Of a DNA stretch of 64,000 bases, positions 11,772-24,678 are shown piece after piece (position 1 is the stretch's first letter; each line of letters opens with the position of its first letter). The position numbers and the translations under genes are program-made. Origin of the DNA: Blastocladiella emersonii ATCC 22665 (taxonomy: Eukaryota; Fungi; Blastocladiomycota); NCBI GenBank assembly GCA_025594325.1, contig JANHCV010000004.1:1674001-1738000 (forward strand). The letters run 5' to 3'. The notes beneath the pieces are model-generated. The model had not been told where the DNA came from. It saw only the letters and a list, made by a program, of their open reading frames with translations, and did no database searches.

Positions 11772-12733
11772 TTACTCGACGTTGGTGGTCTGGAGACCCT
11801 TGAACGAGTCGACGGCGACGTACTCGACGAGGGCGTACATGCGCTCGGCGGCCTTCTCGTCGTCGTTGCGCTTGCGCGAGATGCGGAGGCGCATGCGGTG
11901 GGGCACCGACTTGACACCGCGCTCCCAGACGGCGACGTTGAGCTCGGGGGCGAGACGGATGTCCTTGGTGCCCATGTGCTTGGCGGCGAACTCGCGGATG
12001 GCCTTGATGGCCTTGGGGGCACGCTTCTTGAACGAGCTGTGGTCGGGGGAGCGAGTGCGGGGTCAGGATGCGGTCTAGTTTTCGCGAGTGGGCGGGCCAA
12101 GAGCGCAAGTTTGGCGTCGAGGCCAGGCGGCGGCGACCCGGCGGGTCAGGAGCCGAGTGCAAGTGCAAGTGGGACGTAGGGAGCCGGATCGAGATGCGAT
12201 CACGGCGACCGGCGACGCGGGAAGTCGCATGGGCTCGGAAAACGAGCGGCCGAGCGGCGGCGTGCGCGACGCTGCATGCGATTGAGCGGGTGTCGACCGC
12301 ACGCAGCGACGCGCGAGCAACAAACAAGACCAGAACCCCATGTTTCTCACCCGGCGCATTGGCCGTCTCCCCGGCACCACGATCGCCTCCCGAGGGAAGC
12401 CGACCGGGTGACGAGGTTGAGTAGACGGCCAACTATGAGCCCTGCCCGCGAGGAGCATGCGGCTCACGTCCCAGTGCACTCACACATCGGCCTCTGACCC
12501 AACCGAGACGCACGCACGCCGCGACCGTCCGCCTGACGGGCAACCCGCGCGACACCGGAGCGCAGCGACGGGGAGCCCACGGCTTCGGGCACGCGAACGG
12601 CGGGGCGCAGCGGAGGGGATCAAGGGGAACCAGATGCAGATACGGACGTGCCGAACACCGAGCGGTGCAGGTGGATGGTGTACTCGCGGGTAACAACCTC
12701 CTCGGAAGCGGAACGCTTGAAGCCCTTGACCAT
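11772..12733 (-). CDS. RPL31: 60S ribosomal protein eL31
   Basis: Exon 1 [28 protein letters not shown](T), 611-nt intron 12037-12647, exon 2 [33 protein letters not shown]...[12 protein letters not shown]. Confidence 0.97.
12338..12468 (-). ncRNA. Candidate structured intronic RNA (possible H/ACA snoRNA or splicing-regulatory element) in the RPL31 intron
   Basis: Perfect inverted repeats of 10 bp (12423-12432/12359-12368), 8 bp (12404-12411/12347-12354) and 6 bp (12461-12466/12436-12441). ACA lies 3 nt after the last helix on the transcribed strand. No clear H box was found. Confidence 0.35.
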
Positions 12734-14061
12734 TTTTGACTGCGAGGCGAGCGGACGGGCGGATGGTTGCGCGTGGTCAGCTCGGGGTTTCACGGTGGTG
12801 GCGGCCGTCTCGGCAGCGCCTGCCGGCTGGGCATTCGTCCGTTCGGCGGCGGCGGCGGGCGGGCAGGCGCTGCGCTGATGCATGGCAGTTACATGGGGTG
12901 TCGTACTTACGACTAGTGGGGGTTTTCCGAGTATGACGGGGAGGGCGAGCAGGCTATCTTGAACGCAAGCGGTTTGACCCACCGAGAGCGTGGCGCCGCC
13001 CGACAGCGCGCCTTCCCGTTGGTCGAGAATCACATGTGGCTCAGCCACAGCAAAGGGACTCTCTTCGCTTCACGCGCTCGCAAAGCACTGCTCACCCACG
13101 CTCCAGTGTGATCTCCAATGCAATCCTGACCATTTACATGTGAACTTGTCGCAGCGCTCGTGCAGCGCTCGTGCAGCGCCGAACCCAAGGCAAGGTCGCT
13201 CGAGGACGGCGCGCACACGATGACGGCCCGGCCCGTACTGCACTTGGTCCCGCTCACCGAGGGACCCGGCGTGGATCGCGATGCGCAACGTGTCGTTGTT
13301 GCCCCATTGCGGCGAGATGATGATGCGCCCGCAGAGCTTGTTCGCTTCGGCGTCGCCTGGCGCTTCGGCCACGGCGACCGGCCGCGCGAGGTCTGCGCCT
13401 GCGGACTCGCTGAACTGCAGCTGAATCGAGTGATTCGTGAGGACCCTGGCCTTGGACGCGATCTCAGTTGCCGCATTCGCCCGATCGCGGTCGCGCTGGC
13501 GTGACAGCTGCTTCCTCTTGGGGCTACGTGCTGGGCACGGCGCGGGTTTGCCAAACCCGCTCGTCGCGCTTTGCCCGGTCCTGTGGATCCCTCGCACGCT
13601 TCCGCTCATATGCGGTCCGCCGCCGCACCGCAGCTGCCGCGTCTCGCCGCGCCTTGGCCGTCGCCCTCCGCTGCACGCGCTTGTACTGCATTGTCTGCGA
13701 TCCGTCGGCGTAGTGGGGACCTGCAAGAAGGAAGCCGTACAGGCTAGCGTCGAGCTCGCGCCTTTGGCGACGAACGAACATAGCGCGAGGCGATGGCGCA
13801 GCGTAGGGTGGTGGCGGGTCGCGACCTCGCACGGCGAGACCTGTACAGGCGCGCTGCACGCGATGCCAAGGTCGCTGTACACGAGCAGGTATATCACAGG
13901 CGCAAGAACCCGCGCGACGATAGGATCTCGGCTTAGTACTCGAGGAAGCTGGGAAACAAGCGGCCTCAAGTTACTTGAGAGCGACGCATCGGAAGGCTTG
14001 CGCCACACCCCGGGGAGACACGGGCATCGAAACGCGTCTATGAGTGATATCGGACAGGAAT

Positions 14062-14616
14062 TTACAGGTAGCGCTTGGCGAGGGTGCGGACCTTGACGTC
14101 AAAGGCTGGGCTGGTGATGGGCGCGTTGACCTCGTAGAAGGGGTTGAGCATGGCCTTGATGTACAGCTCGTACACGTCTCCGAAGAAGCCGCGGATCCCG
14201 TCCTCGTTCTTGGCCGTGTGCAACAGCATGAACCGGACATCTGGAGGCGGGTGGGTGGTGAGCAGGTGGTCCACCTCATGTGTGGCGCAGCGAGAGGACG
14301 AGGTGACGTACTTCCTGCCGTGACAAAGGCGCTCACGAACCAGTCGTTGAACTTGTCGACGATGCGCAGGTACGTGTTCGGGGTCGTCCACATGGCGTCG
14401 TCCACAAAGTCGAGGGCGGCGTGCAGCACAAACTGGTGCAAGTGCTTGCCGTCGTCCTACGCACACGAGCGAGAACCCACACAACAACCGAGTTCAGCAT
14501 GGCGCGAGAGGCTCGCAGTGGGACGAGCAGGCGGCAGCTACCTTGAGCGGGTTGCCGATCGCGGCCTCGTAGATGGGGCTGTCGCGGGTCCCGATGATGG
14601 CAAAGTAGTAGCTCAT
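14062..14616 (-). CDS. TRS20: TRAPP complex subunit Trs20/TRAPPC2 (sedlin)
   Basis: [18 protein letters not shown]; [17 protein letters not shown]...[20 protein letters not shown]; RFMLLH...[18 protein letters not shown]. Introns 14457-14541 and 14241-14311. Confidence 0.96.
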
Positions 14617-14905
14617 GGCGCGTGTTTCGCGTTGCGTCGAGTCCGGCGGCGCTGCGTGCAGAGATACATGGACGCCCGTGGCGGTTTGGGTAATGAGGAC
14701 CACCGGCGGCGTGCAGCCGACGCGAAAAAGAGGCGACGCGCCCAGCATCGGGTCAGGTGAGCGAGGCTGACTGCTTCTCGTCGCTCTTCGCTCGCCGCGC
14801 ACTTTTCGCGGCCGGCCGCTCGTCGCTTCCCACTGGTCTCCGCAGCATCCAGCGCGCCGCGGTCAGTCCACCCCTGCCGCGCCGCCCGACTCGCCGCAAC
14901 GCACC

Positions 14906-16528
14906 ATGGCGGACTTTATGCGCAAGATGATCCAGGAGATGATGGGGGAGGAGGCGCTGGACGGGCGCACCCACACGTCCATCTCGTTCGACAACCCGCG
15001 CGTGTGCCGCGGCCACCTCGAGGGCGTGTGCCTGCACGAGCTCTTCTTCAACACGGTACGCACACGTCGCTTGATTGCCCACGAACGCGCGCGCGCTGAC
15101 ACCCGCCCGCAATCCGTAGAAACTCGACCGCGGCGACTGCACCAAGATCCACTCGGCCAAGCTCAAGGCCGAGTACGAGGCGGCCAAGGAGCAGGGCAAG
15201 GACGTGAGCTTCATCGAGCACGAGCTGGAGCGCGAGCTCGCCGTGCTCGTGGCCGACTGCGACCGCCGCATCCGCAACGCCAACGAGCGCGTCGCGCAGG
15301 ACGTGGCCCCGCCGCGCATGGGCCAGCTGGTGCGTCGTCCACTGCGTGTTTGGTCTCGTCGCAGCCTCGCTAACCCCCCTGCGCGTGTGTAGCAAGACGA
15401 GATTGCGCGGCTCGAGAAGATCATCCACGACATGGCGACCGAGTCCGAGAAGCTCGGCGAGGAGGGCGAGGTCGAAAGGGCCATGGAGCTCACCGACAAG
15501 ATTGACGAGGTCAAGAAGGAGAAGGCCGACAAGGAGGTGCGTGTGCCTCGCGTCGCGCTCGGGACCGAGGCGTATGACTGACGTCCCTGCACCCCCGACG
15601 TGTAGACGGAACTCCGGTCCATGACGATGCTCGAGACGAGCTCCAACCAGCGGATGCGCGTGTGCGAGATCTGCGGCGCGTTCCTCGCGGCCACCGACGA
15701 GGACCGTAGGTCCGTTTACCCCTCGCCCTGTCCCCGCGCGGACCGAACCCATCGCTAACGGCCCACCAACCGTGTAGAATCGCGGACCACTTTGTGGGCA
15801 AGATGCACGTGGGGTACGATAAGGTGCGCACGGTTCTCAACGCTCTCCGCACGCGGCTGCGCGGGTACCGCGGCGGCGCCCCCGCTCCGCGCGGCATCAG
15901 CGGGTCGCGCGATGGCGGCGACCGGGCACCGGCTGACCGCTCCTCGTCGTACCGGCGCCGGTCGCGGTCCAGATCGCGCTCGCGCGACCGGTGGAACAGC
16001 GGCGGCGGCGGCCCGCGCCGCGGCGGATACGACGACCGCGACCGGTATGGCTACGGCGGCGGCGGCGGCCGCGGTGACTACCGCGACCGCGGCGACCGTT
16101 ACGGCTACGACCGGTACAGCTACGGCGGTGGGCGCGACCGGGACCGCGATCGCGGCGGCCGCGGTGGCGACTATCGGTATGGCGGCGGCGGCGACTCGCG
16201 CGGCGGGTCGTACCGCGGGCGTGACCGGTCGCGGTCGCGGTCCCCGCCGGCGCGCGGGTCCAGCACGCGCAGCGTGTCGCGGTCCATCAGCCCGCCGCGC
16301 AGCACGACCAGCAGCAACCCCGGCACCGGATCCGGTCCTCGCAGCAGCGCGCTCGGCTCGGCGCCCGAAGGTGCGCGTCTCCCTGCTCCCTCTGCTGCGG
16401 CTTCCGCCGCGTCCCTGTCCGCGGCGAGCTCGGCGGTGCCCGGCTCCTCGACCGCGCCCCTCGCCCTCGCCCCAGCACGCGGCAACAACGACGACGATGA
16501 CGCCGACAAGGAGGAGGGTGAGCTGTAA
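14906..16528 (+). CDS. LUC7: U1 snRNP-associated protein Luc7 with RS/RD-rich tail
   Basis: Two zinc fingers (VCRGHLEGVCLHELFFNT..GDCTKIH and VCEICGAFL..DHFVGKMHVGY), four short introns, Arg/Ser/Gly/Asp-rich C-terminus. Confidence 0.94.
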
Positions 16529-16756
16529 GGCTCCCCACCCTCACTCGTTCAAGCTCAAGCACGATCCGTCTCGCCCAGGCCCAGAGGTGCGCCCCCACGA
16601 CTGAAGCTCACACCCCACCGCACCTCTGCTCCCGGACACACTTTTGCTCTGCTCGCCTAGGCGCCCGCTCCGGTTCCTGATATACACGCTCTCCCGCGCT
16701 CCATCGCCGCATGTGTGCTACGCTAAGGGTTGATCTATTGGACGATGAGGAGACTG

Positions 16757-17209
16757 CTACTGCGAGGTCTCCTTGGCCCACTCGGCGGGCGTCTTGGTGC
16801 GCAGCTGCAGGGCGTGCAGGCCGGCGCGCAGCTCGTCGCCGAGCACCTCGTAGATGAGGCGGTGGCGGGCGATGAGGGGCTGTATGCGGGGTCAGCTCGA
16901 GCACCGTGAGGGAGAGAAACGAGGAAAACGCACCTTGCCCAGGAACACGGGCGACACGACCGTGACGCGGAAGTGGGTCTCGACGGGCTTGAGCCCCTTC
17001 ATGGCGGCGTGCCCCGCGTGCTTGCTGCTGTCGTCGAGGATCTCGAGCACCTCGGGCGCGCACGCCGCCGTCAGCTTGACGTGGATCTGCTCGGCGACCG
17101 AGCCGGCCGGGTACGAGGCAGCGGGAGCGGCAGCGGCGGTGGTCGACATGGTGGCGGCACGGAGAGCCGACGACGTTGTTGCGGTCAGTGAGCGGGCGAG
17201 AGCGAACAT
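16757..17209 (-). CDS. BOL1: BolA-family protein with a mitochondrial presequence (Bol1-like)
   Basis: LEILDDSSKHAGH...ETHFRVTVVSPVFLGK, intron 16880-16933, then PLIARHRLIYEVLGDELRAGLHALQLRTKTP. Confidence 0.9.
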
Positions 17210-17410
17210 GGCGGCGGCGAAGGATCGATCGGACAAGGAAGGGGGAGCACGGGCACGCCAGCTGGCCGACCCGCCGGCCGACCCGCCTGGCCGACGCGCG
17301 GCGGGACGCGTGGTGTTGACTTCGCGCCCGCCGCCCCTCCCCCCTCTCCCTACTCACGCCAAGACGCCGACGCAGCGCAGGCGCACGCAGCTCCCCGCAA
17401 CGCACCGACC

Positions 17411-20400
17411 ATGTCGCAAATGGACCTCAGCATCGCGCCGCCCGAGGAGCAGATGCGCATCCTCCAGGAGGGCCTCGGGCGCGTCAAGGCGCACGCCTTC
17501 CACATGCGCAAGAGCCTGGTGCGTTCCGGTTGCGCTCTTGGGACGCGGGCAAGCCTAACGACCGCGCCCATACCCACAGGACGCCGACCGCATCATGGAG
17601 TCGGTCAAGCACGCGCTCGAGATGGTGGCCGAGCTGCGCATCGGCGCGCTGACGCCGAAAAACTACTACGAGCTGTACATGCTGGCCTTCGACAACCTGC
17701 GCTACATGGCCTCGGTGCTGACCGACGCGCACCGCGCCGGCCGCTGCAACCTCGCCGAGCTGTACGAGCTCGTCCAGTACTCGGCCACCATCGTCCCGCG
17801 CCTCTACATGATGATCACCGTCGGCTCCGCCTACATGCCCATTGGCGAGACCCCGATCCGTGTCATCCTGCGCGACCTCATCGACATGTCGCGCGGCGTC
17901 CAGCACCCGGTCCGCGGCCTCTTCCTAAGACACTACCTCAGCAGCATGACCAAGGACTACCTCCCCGAGTCCGCTCCGCCCGTCTTTGACTCAGCACCGC
18001 CGAGCCCCGTGCTCGGGCCCGAGGACCCTGCGGCCGAGTCGGCGGCGGCCGCGGCGGTGCCTGCCCCTGCCAGTCCCGACGCGGATGCTGCCGCCGATGC
18101 CAGCGCTGCTGTTCTCCCCGTCGACGACGCTGGCGCCGCCGCGACCACCAGCGGCGACGCTGCTGTCTCTGCCGCCGCCCCCGCGACGAGCCAGCTCGAG
18201 TCGGTCCCGACCTCGCCCGCCACCCAGTCCCCACCCACCCTCCCGCCGCCTCCCTACGCCACCGGCACCGCGATCCCCGAGCGGTCGCCGACCTTCCACG
18301 GCACCGTGGACGACTCGATCGGGTTCGTGATGCAGAACTTTGTCGAGATGAACAAGCTGTGGGTGCGGCTGCAGCACCAGGGGTCGCTCAAGGACCGCGA
18401 GCGGCGCGAGGCCGAGCGGCGCGAGCTGCGGATCCTGGTCGGCACCAACATTGTGCGGCTCAGCCAGCTCGAGGCCGTCGACCTGCGCATGTACAAGACC
18501 AAGATCCTGCCGCCCATCCTCGACCAGATCATCAACTGCCGCGACGTGATCGCCCAGGAGTACCTCATGGAGGTCATCATCCAGGTCTTCCCCGACTCGT
18601 TCCACCTCCGCGCCCTCGAGCCCATCCTCGCCGTCACGGCGCAGCTCCAGGCCCAGGTCAATATCAAGACCATCATCGTCGCCCTCATCGACCGCCTCCG
18701 CGCGTTCGCCGCCGAGCGGCAATCTGCCGCCGCTGCTGCTGCTGCTGCCGCTGGCACCGCCACCGCGGCGGCGGGGGCCGAGGAGGAAGAGGACGGGATC
18801 CCCGAGAACCTGCACCTGTTCGACGTGTTCTGGGGCCAGATCACGCAGGTGATCACGGCGCGGCCGGACCTCGGCATCATGGACATCTCGTCGCTGCTGC
18901 TGTCGCTGATCCAGCTGTCGGTCGCGTGCTACCCGGACCAGATCGCGTACGTGGACCAGATCCTGCGGTTCGCGCGCGAGCAGGTGCTCAAGGTCGTGGG
19001 CACGTCCGAGCTCGGCCAGGCCGCGACCGTGGCCAACTTCCAGGCGCTCCTGCTCGCCCCGCTGCAGCAGCCCATCGGCGTCGCCGGGATCAACAGCGCG
19101 GGGTCCCCCGCCCGGTCCATCATGTGGATCCTCCAGCTGCCCAACGACGCCCAGGCGTTCCGCGAGCTCCTCGCCATGCAGCCGTACACGACGCGCCACG
19201 CCGTCGCCCTGTTCATGGTCACGCACCTCGTCCGCCAGCGCGCCCAGATCGACGCCGAGAACCACCTCGTCGCCCTCGTCGAGTGCATCCAGGTCATGGT
19301 CAAGGACCAAAAGGACGGCCCGCTGTGGAAGAACACGGGCCTGTTCGTCGAGCGCGAGGCCCTCGGCAACCTGCACGCCGGGTACCGCACGGGCAGCGCG
19401 TCGGCGGGCGCCGCGGGGCTCGCGGCGGAAGAGGCCGAGAAGCGGCGCGAGCAGCTCGACGAGCTCGCCCTCGAGCAGTCGCAGGTCGCCAAGTTTGTGT
19501 CCCTGATCTACCACCCCGACACGGGCGTCCACGCGCAGCTGCTGTCGGTGGCGCGAAAGTACCTCGCCGAGGGCGGCGGGTTCCGCCTCAAGCACACGTT
19601 CCCGGCGCTGCTGTACCAGGCGGTCCGCGTGATTGACCGGATCGCCATCAAGCACGCGGCGGCGGGCACCGAGATCGGGACCACCATGGCGCCCGGCGCC
19701 CGCGAGACCGAGCTCATGAACATGTTCAAGTACGTGCACCAGGTCGTCACCGCGGTGCAGCACAAGTCGGACGACGTGGTGCTCGCGACGCAGCTGTTCC
19801 TGGTTGCGGCACGCGCGGCCGACCGCGTCGTGCTCGAGGAGATCGCGTACGAGTTCTTTGTGTCGGCGCTCACCGTGTACGAGGAGTGCATCAACGACTC
19901 GCGGGTCCAGTTCACGACGCTGACCAGCATCGTCAACACGCTGCTCGAGTGCACCGTGTTCGCCGTCGACAACTACGACACGCTCAGCACCAAGTGCACG
20001 CTGCACGCGTCGCGGCTGCTGAAGCGGCCCGACCAGTGCCGCGCCGTCGTGCAGTGCAGCCACCTGTTCTGGCCCGCGGCGCCCACGTCGCGGCTCGAGT
20101 ACCGCGACGCGAAACGCGTGCTCGAGTGTCTCCAGAAGGCGCTCAAGTTCGCCGACGCGTGCCTCGACTCGGTCATGAACGTCGAGCTGCTCGTCGAGAC
20201 GCTCGTCCGGTACATCTACTTCTACGAGAAGGGGTGCCCGCTCGTCGCCGTCAAGCACATCAACGGGCTCCTCGAGCTCATCGCCACCAACCTCGCCAAC
20301 CTCCAGGACGCGGCCCGCGCAGGCGACAACGAGCCGCTCATCAACGGCAACAACATCAACCTGTACCGCGGGTTCTCGGCGTCGTCGCTCGTCGGACTCG

Positions 20401-20600
20401 ATGTCGGCGGCGGGTCCTCGGCTGTCGCGGGCGCGGTTGCCGCGGGTGGCGGTGCCGCTGGGATCAACAACCTTCACGCCGTCGCCAGCCACTTCCGCCG
20501 TACCTGCGCCATGCTCGTCGACCGCAAGAGCAATCCACCAAAGACGCTCGGCGAGGGGCCGCTGTACAACGAGATCGTGGTGCCACAGGTCTCGCAGTAG
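17411..20600 (+). CDS. VPS35: Retromer subunit Vps35 with an Ala/Pro-rich insertion
   Basis: Intron 17519-17579. LTPKNYYELYM, ELVQY..IVPRLYMMITVG, RGVQHPVRGLFLRHYL, NFVEMNKLWVRLQHQG, LLKRPDQCRAV..CSHLFW, KRVLECLQKALK. Low-complexity insert at about 17960-18300. Confidence 0.97.
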
Positions 20601-20689
20601 TGGAGCGTTTTGTTCGTGTGTGTGATTCCCTTCAGTGTCGTTCCCAGTTTTCCGCTTGCGCAAATCAATCAATCATTCATTACCGAATC

Positions 20690-23003
20690 TCACAGTTCAG
20701 TTGGTGGCGACCACGGATCGGGCGGAGCAGGTTGCGTGGGAGCGGCGGCCATCGACGTGGCCATGGCCAGGGCCGGCGGCAGCGCGACCGTCGCCTCGCT
20801 GCACATGCGCGCCAGCGACGAGCCCTCGTCGAGCCATCCCTACACACACCCTTCGTGTCAGACGCAGCCTCCCACCATCAACAATACCGTAGACGATTCG
20901 TACCCGAACCTTGTTCCGCATCACAGCGCGGCGATACTCGCGCCACCGCGCGTCCTTGGCCTCGCGGACGTGCTCGCGCCAGTACCGCCAGTACCGCCTT
21001 GGCACGAGTTTGGCCGCGAGCGTGTCGGCGCGCGCGTTCAGCTCGCGATCCTTGGCCTCGCGCGCGGCGCGACGGGACCGGGACGCGGACAGCCACCGCG
21101 CGACCGCGGAACGCTGGAGCGCCGTCTCGCGGTGTGCGGCAGCGACCCGCGCGGCCTCGCGCTGGCCACGCGCGAACACCGACCACGCCGCGACCGCGGC
21201 GCGGAGCACCCGCGCAGCCGCGAACGTCTCGGCGCGGCGGACCCGTTCCGCATCGATCTCGCGGACCCGCATGCACCACGCCCGGACCGCGGCGCGTGCA
21301 CATCCCCGCCTTGCTACCTCGTCCACGACCGCGCGCATCCGGCGCTGCTGCTCGACGAACCGGCGCCATGGTCTTAGGCCGCGGAAGAGGAGCGCGGCGC
21401 GGTCGGCGTGCGCGACGGCGCGCTGGTGCTGCGCGCGGCGGTGCTCGCGTTCCTGCTCGGCGGCGGCGGCCAATCGCGCGGCCTCGTCGCGCCGACGCTG
21501 CGCTTCTTGTCGCGCCAACGTCTCGGCTTCGAGGGCCGCGAGACGCGCGGCTTCTTTTGCGCGGGATTCGGCTTCGGCTTGCCGCGCGAGGCGCGCGGAT
21601 TTGAGTTCTTGCCGGCGGCGCTCGCGCTCTTGCATGTGTGACAGGAAGGCGGGCGGGTCGGGCAGCGGTGGGGCGGCGGCTCGAGGAGCTGGTTTCGCGT
21701 GTTGCTGATGAGAGGTCGTGGACCGCGGCGCCGTTGAGGGCGGCCGCGACAGCGTGGTCGGGGCCGGCGATAACGACGACGCCGGCTGCTGCTGCTGCGT
21801 CTTCTTCTCGCGCAGCTGGGCGAGGAACCGCTCGACCTTGCGGCGGCGCTCCGAGTGGACGCTCGCGAGCGCGGCCTCGTGCTTCGCCGTGGCCGTGAAT
21901 GCGGTCCATGCGACGAACGCGCGCGACAGGACCGTCAGCCGGTGGTGCCGCACCGCGCGCGACTCGCGCTCGGCTTGCCGGCGGAGACGGGCCGCGGCGG
22001 CTTTGGCTTCTCTGAATGCGGAGGGTGGGTGAGCTGAGAAGTGGGACGGTGGTCGAGGGTCGGACGACGTACCGCTCGCGGCGCTGGTCCATGGCGCGCG
22101 CGGCCCAGGTCTTGAAGTACCGGCGTTGCCGCAGCCAGCGCGACTGCGCCTCGGCACGGACGAGTGTGTCGGACAGCCGCCGGACTAGGTGGCGCCAGGC
22201 GAGGAAGACAGTCTACTCGCTCAGGCGAGAGTGAGCGGCTTCAGCAGCACCCGCGACACGGGGGGAAAACGCACCATGACCCGCCGCTTATCCTTGACCG
22301 CACAATACTCGGCGACGCGCGCCTCAATCTCCCTCTCCCGCGCATCGGCGCGCTGCATCTCGATCTCAGCCTTCTCGAGCGCGATCTTATCCGCGAGAAC
22401 CTGCTTGACTTTCGCAGCCGCCTCCTCGTCGCGGCGCTGGCGGTCGACCAGCTCGCGTTTCCGCTCCTCGAGCGCGCGCTGCTGCGCCGTGATCTGGTCC
22501 TGCAGCTGCACGTCGTCGGCGCGGATCGCCATGTACGGCGCGATCCCGGCAGCCACAGCCTCGGATTGACTCGCGCGCAGCTTCTTGAGCTCCATGGTCC
22601 GGCGCAGGCGGTTCATGCGCTTCTTGGCCGTGGGTGGCGGCGGCGGGGACGGGCTCCTCGCGAGGAGGAGTGAGGGTGGGGCGGGGTCGGGCGTGATGTC
22701 GACGCGCATCGCGGCGAGCAGCGAGTCGAGGTCGTCTAGCGTCACGTCCGTCGAGGCGGAGGAGATGGACGAGCGGGTTCCCTTCTTCTTCATCCTTGGC
22801 TTCGCCGGGCCGCCGCCGGTGTACGACGTGCTCCCGTCCCACTCGGCGTCCCAAGCGGAAATGTCAATGTGGCAGCGCTCGAGCGCCTGCAGCGTCGGGT
22901 TGGCGTTAAGGTACTCGAGGCGGACCAGGTCGAGCGTCCCGCCGAACGTCGGCCGCGGGTTGCCCGACTCGTCGAGCAGGTCGTCATAGTCGCTGTATAA
23001 CAT
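20690..23003 (-). CDS. CCDC191: Coiled-coil protein, CCDC191 (KIAA1407)-like
   Basis: Sfi1-like repeats (VFLAWRHLV, YFKTWA, FVAWTAF, LRPWRRFV, YWRYWRE), FLSHMQERERRRQE coiled coil and C-terminal NKVRGWL. Three introns are inferred at about 22212-22277, 22012-22071 and 20840-20902. Assignment from recalled motifs. Confidence 0.7.
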
Positions 23004-23255
23004 CTCTTAGTCCATTGGCTCCATTTGGTTCATGGCCACAACCCAGTGGAAGGGAGAGGTCGGGCCATCGGATACGGCGAGGCGCGAGACGCGTCGTGGA
23101 GCGCGTCGAGCCACACGTGCCGGGCGCCGCCGACCAATTTTCGTTTCGCTCTCTCGCTCCCCCCGCACGTTCCCTCTCCATCGCTGCCCCTCCCTCGGCA
23201 ACGTGAAGCAAACCACTCCCTGCAACGCATCGAGCTCTGAAAACGTATCAACGCC

Positions 23256-24597
23256 ATGCCAGCCAAGACGTTCACCTACGCCGGGTGGACCTTCACCTCG
23301 GAACACAATCCGATCTCGAACGCCGCCGAGATTGACGAGTATGCCATGCCCACTGTCTCGTACATGGAACCTCGGCTTACACAGTCCCACCACCACCATC
23401 CCGGTTAGGACCCTCGAGTGGCTCGAGGCGCGGGCCAAGGCCGCGAGCAACGGCACCGCGCCGGCGCCAGGCCTGCACACGGTCCCTGAGATGTACTTTG
23501 GCTCGAACCGCATGACCGTCAAGCACAACACGAGCGGGCTGCAGCTCACCTTCGAGCCGCGCGACGCCCTCGCGCGCGTCGAGGTCGGGCCCGAGGGCAA
23601 GCGGTGGAAGAACATCAAGGTCGCCGCCGCGCAGACGTGGCAGCGCCGTATCGACCAGCAGCGCAGCCAGCGCCGTGGCGGGCCCGGGGCGGCGGCTGGG
23701 CGGCCACCGGTGCAGCACGCGGACAGCGGGCTGGCGCTCAACGGGTGCGCGCCTTGGGTGTCGTTTGAGGGTTGGCGAGAACTCACTGGCGAGCGAATGT
23801 AGTGATGAGAACCCGTACTACGACACGCAAACCGACGACATCCACACGACGCCCAAGCCGTATGACTGGACCTTCTCGACTGACTACGTGGGCGACGTGG
23901 CGAGCGGTACGGTCGAGCGCACCGACCAGGAGATCCCGCTCGACAAGCTGCGCGTCCGCGAGCCGATCCTGTTCTTTGACGAGAACGTGCTGTTCGAGGA
24001 CGAGCTCGGCGACAATGGCGTGTCCAAGTACTCGATCAAGATCGTACGCTTCTCCCTCACGATCACCCCGCCCCCACCCCGGCGCTGACTATCGCGACCG
24101 TGTAGCGCGTGATGCCGTCAGGCTTCTTCATCCTGGCACGCCAGTTCCTCCGCGTCGACAACGTCATGTTCGCGCTGCACGACACGCGCCTGTACCACGC
24201 GTTCGGCACCACGTCGCTGCTGCGCGAGTACTCTGCGCGGTCCGTCGACTACGCGGCGATCCGCGACCGCGCCGTCGCCGAGGCTGGGCCCTCGCCCGTG
24301 TCCGTGTCGCCCATGCTCGCGCGCCGGCCCATGGTCGCCGCCACGCCGTCGCGGTCCTCGCTCTCACCCGGAATCCGCATGCCGCCGACGCTCAGCGTGG
24401 ACCCGCTCGGTGCGCATCCCGCGACGACTTCTCCAGTCGGTGGTGTTGCGGGTGCGGCGCCAGGAGCGAACGAGTGGGCCGAGCCCGACCCGGCGGTCGC
24501 CAACCTCATGGTCGACGAGCAGTGGGTCACGCAGGCGATCCCGGCGCTCGGCGAGCCCACCGAGCTGCGCAAGGAGCGCGTTCTGTGGACCGTCTGA
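23256..24597 (+). CDS. TIP41: TIP41-like (TIPRL) PP2A/TOR-pathway regulator
   Basis: VPEMYFGSN, KPYDWTFSTDY, IPLDKLRVREPILFFDENVLFEDELGDNGVS, RVMPSGFFILARQFLRVDNVMFALHDTRLYH. Three short introns. Confidence 0.95.
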
Positions 24598-24678
24598 GTG
24601 TGGAGTATTTCACAGTTTTGTCTTCTGCCGTGCGCAACAACAAGAAGGATATACAAGAAGAGCCCCTGCGCGATCTAC

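Noticed and set aside
12037-12647. TPP riboswitch, U17/snR30, RNase MRP/P or telomerase RNA in the RPL31 intron
   Set aside because: The required conserved motifs were not found: CUGAGA with AACCUGAU for TPP, AUAUUCCUA/AAACCAU for U17, GAAAGUCCCC for MRP, and a CCCUAA template for telomerase.
17991-20672. Long antisense and alternative-frame ORFs (for example 893 aa opposite VPS35, 566 aa opposite PRP6, 420 aa opposite HOS2)
   Set aside because: These are shadow ORFs caused by extreme GC3 bias in the real genes. They have no recognisable domains.
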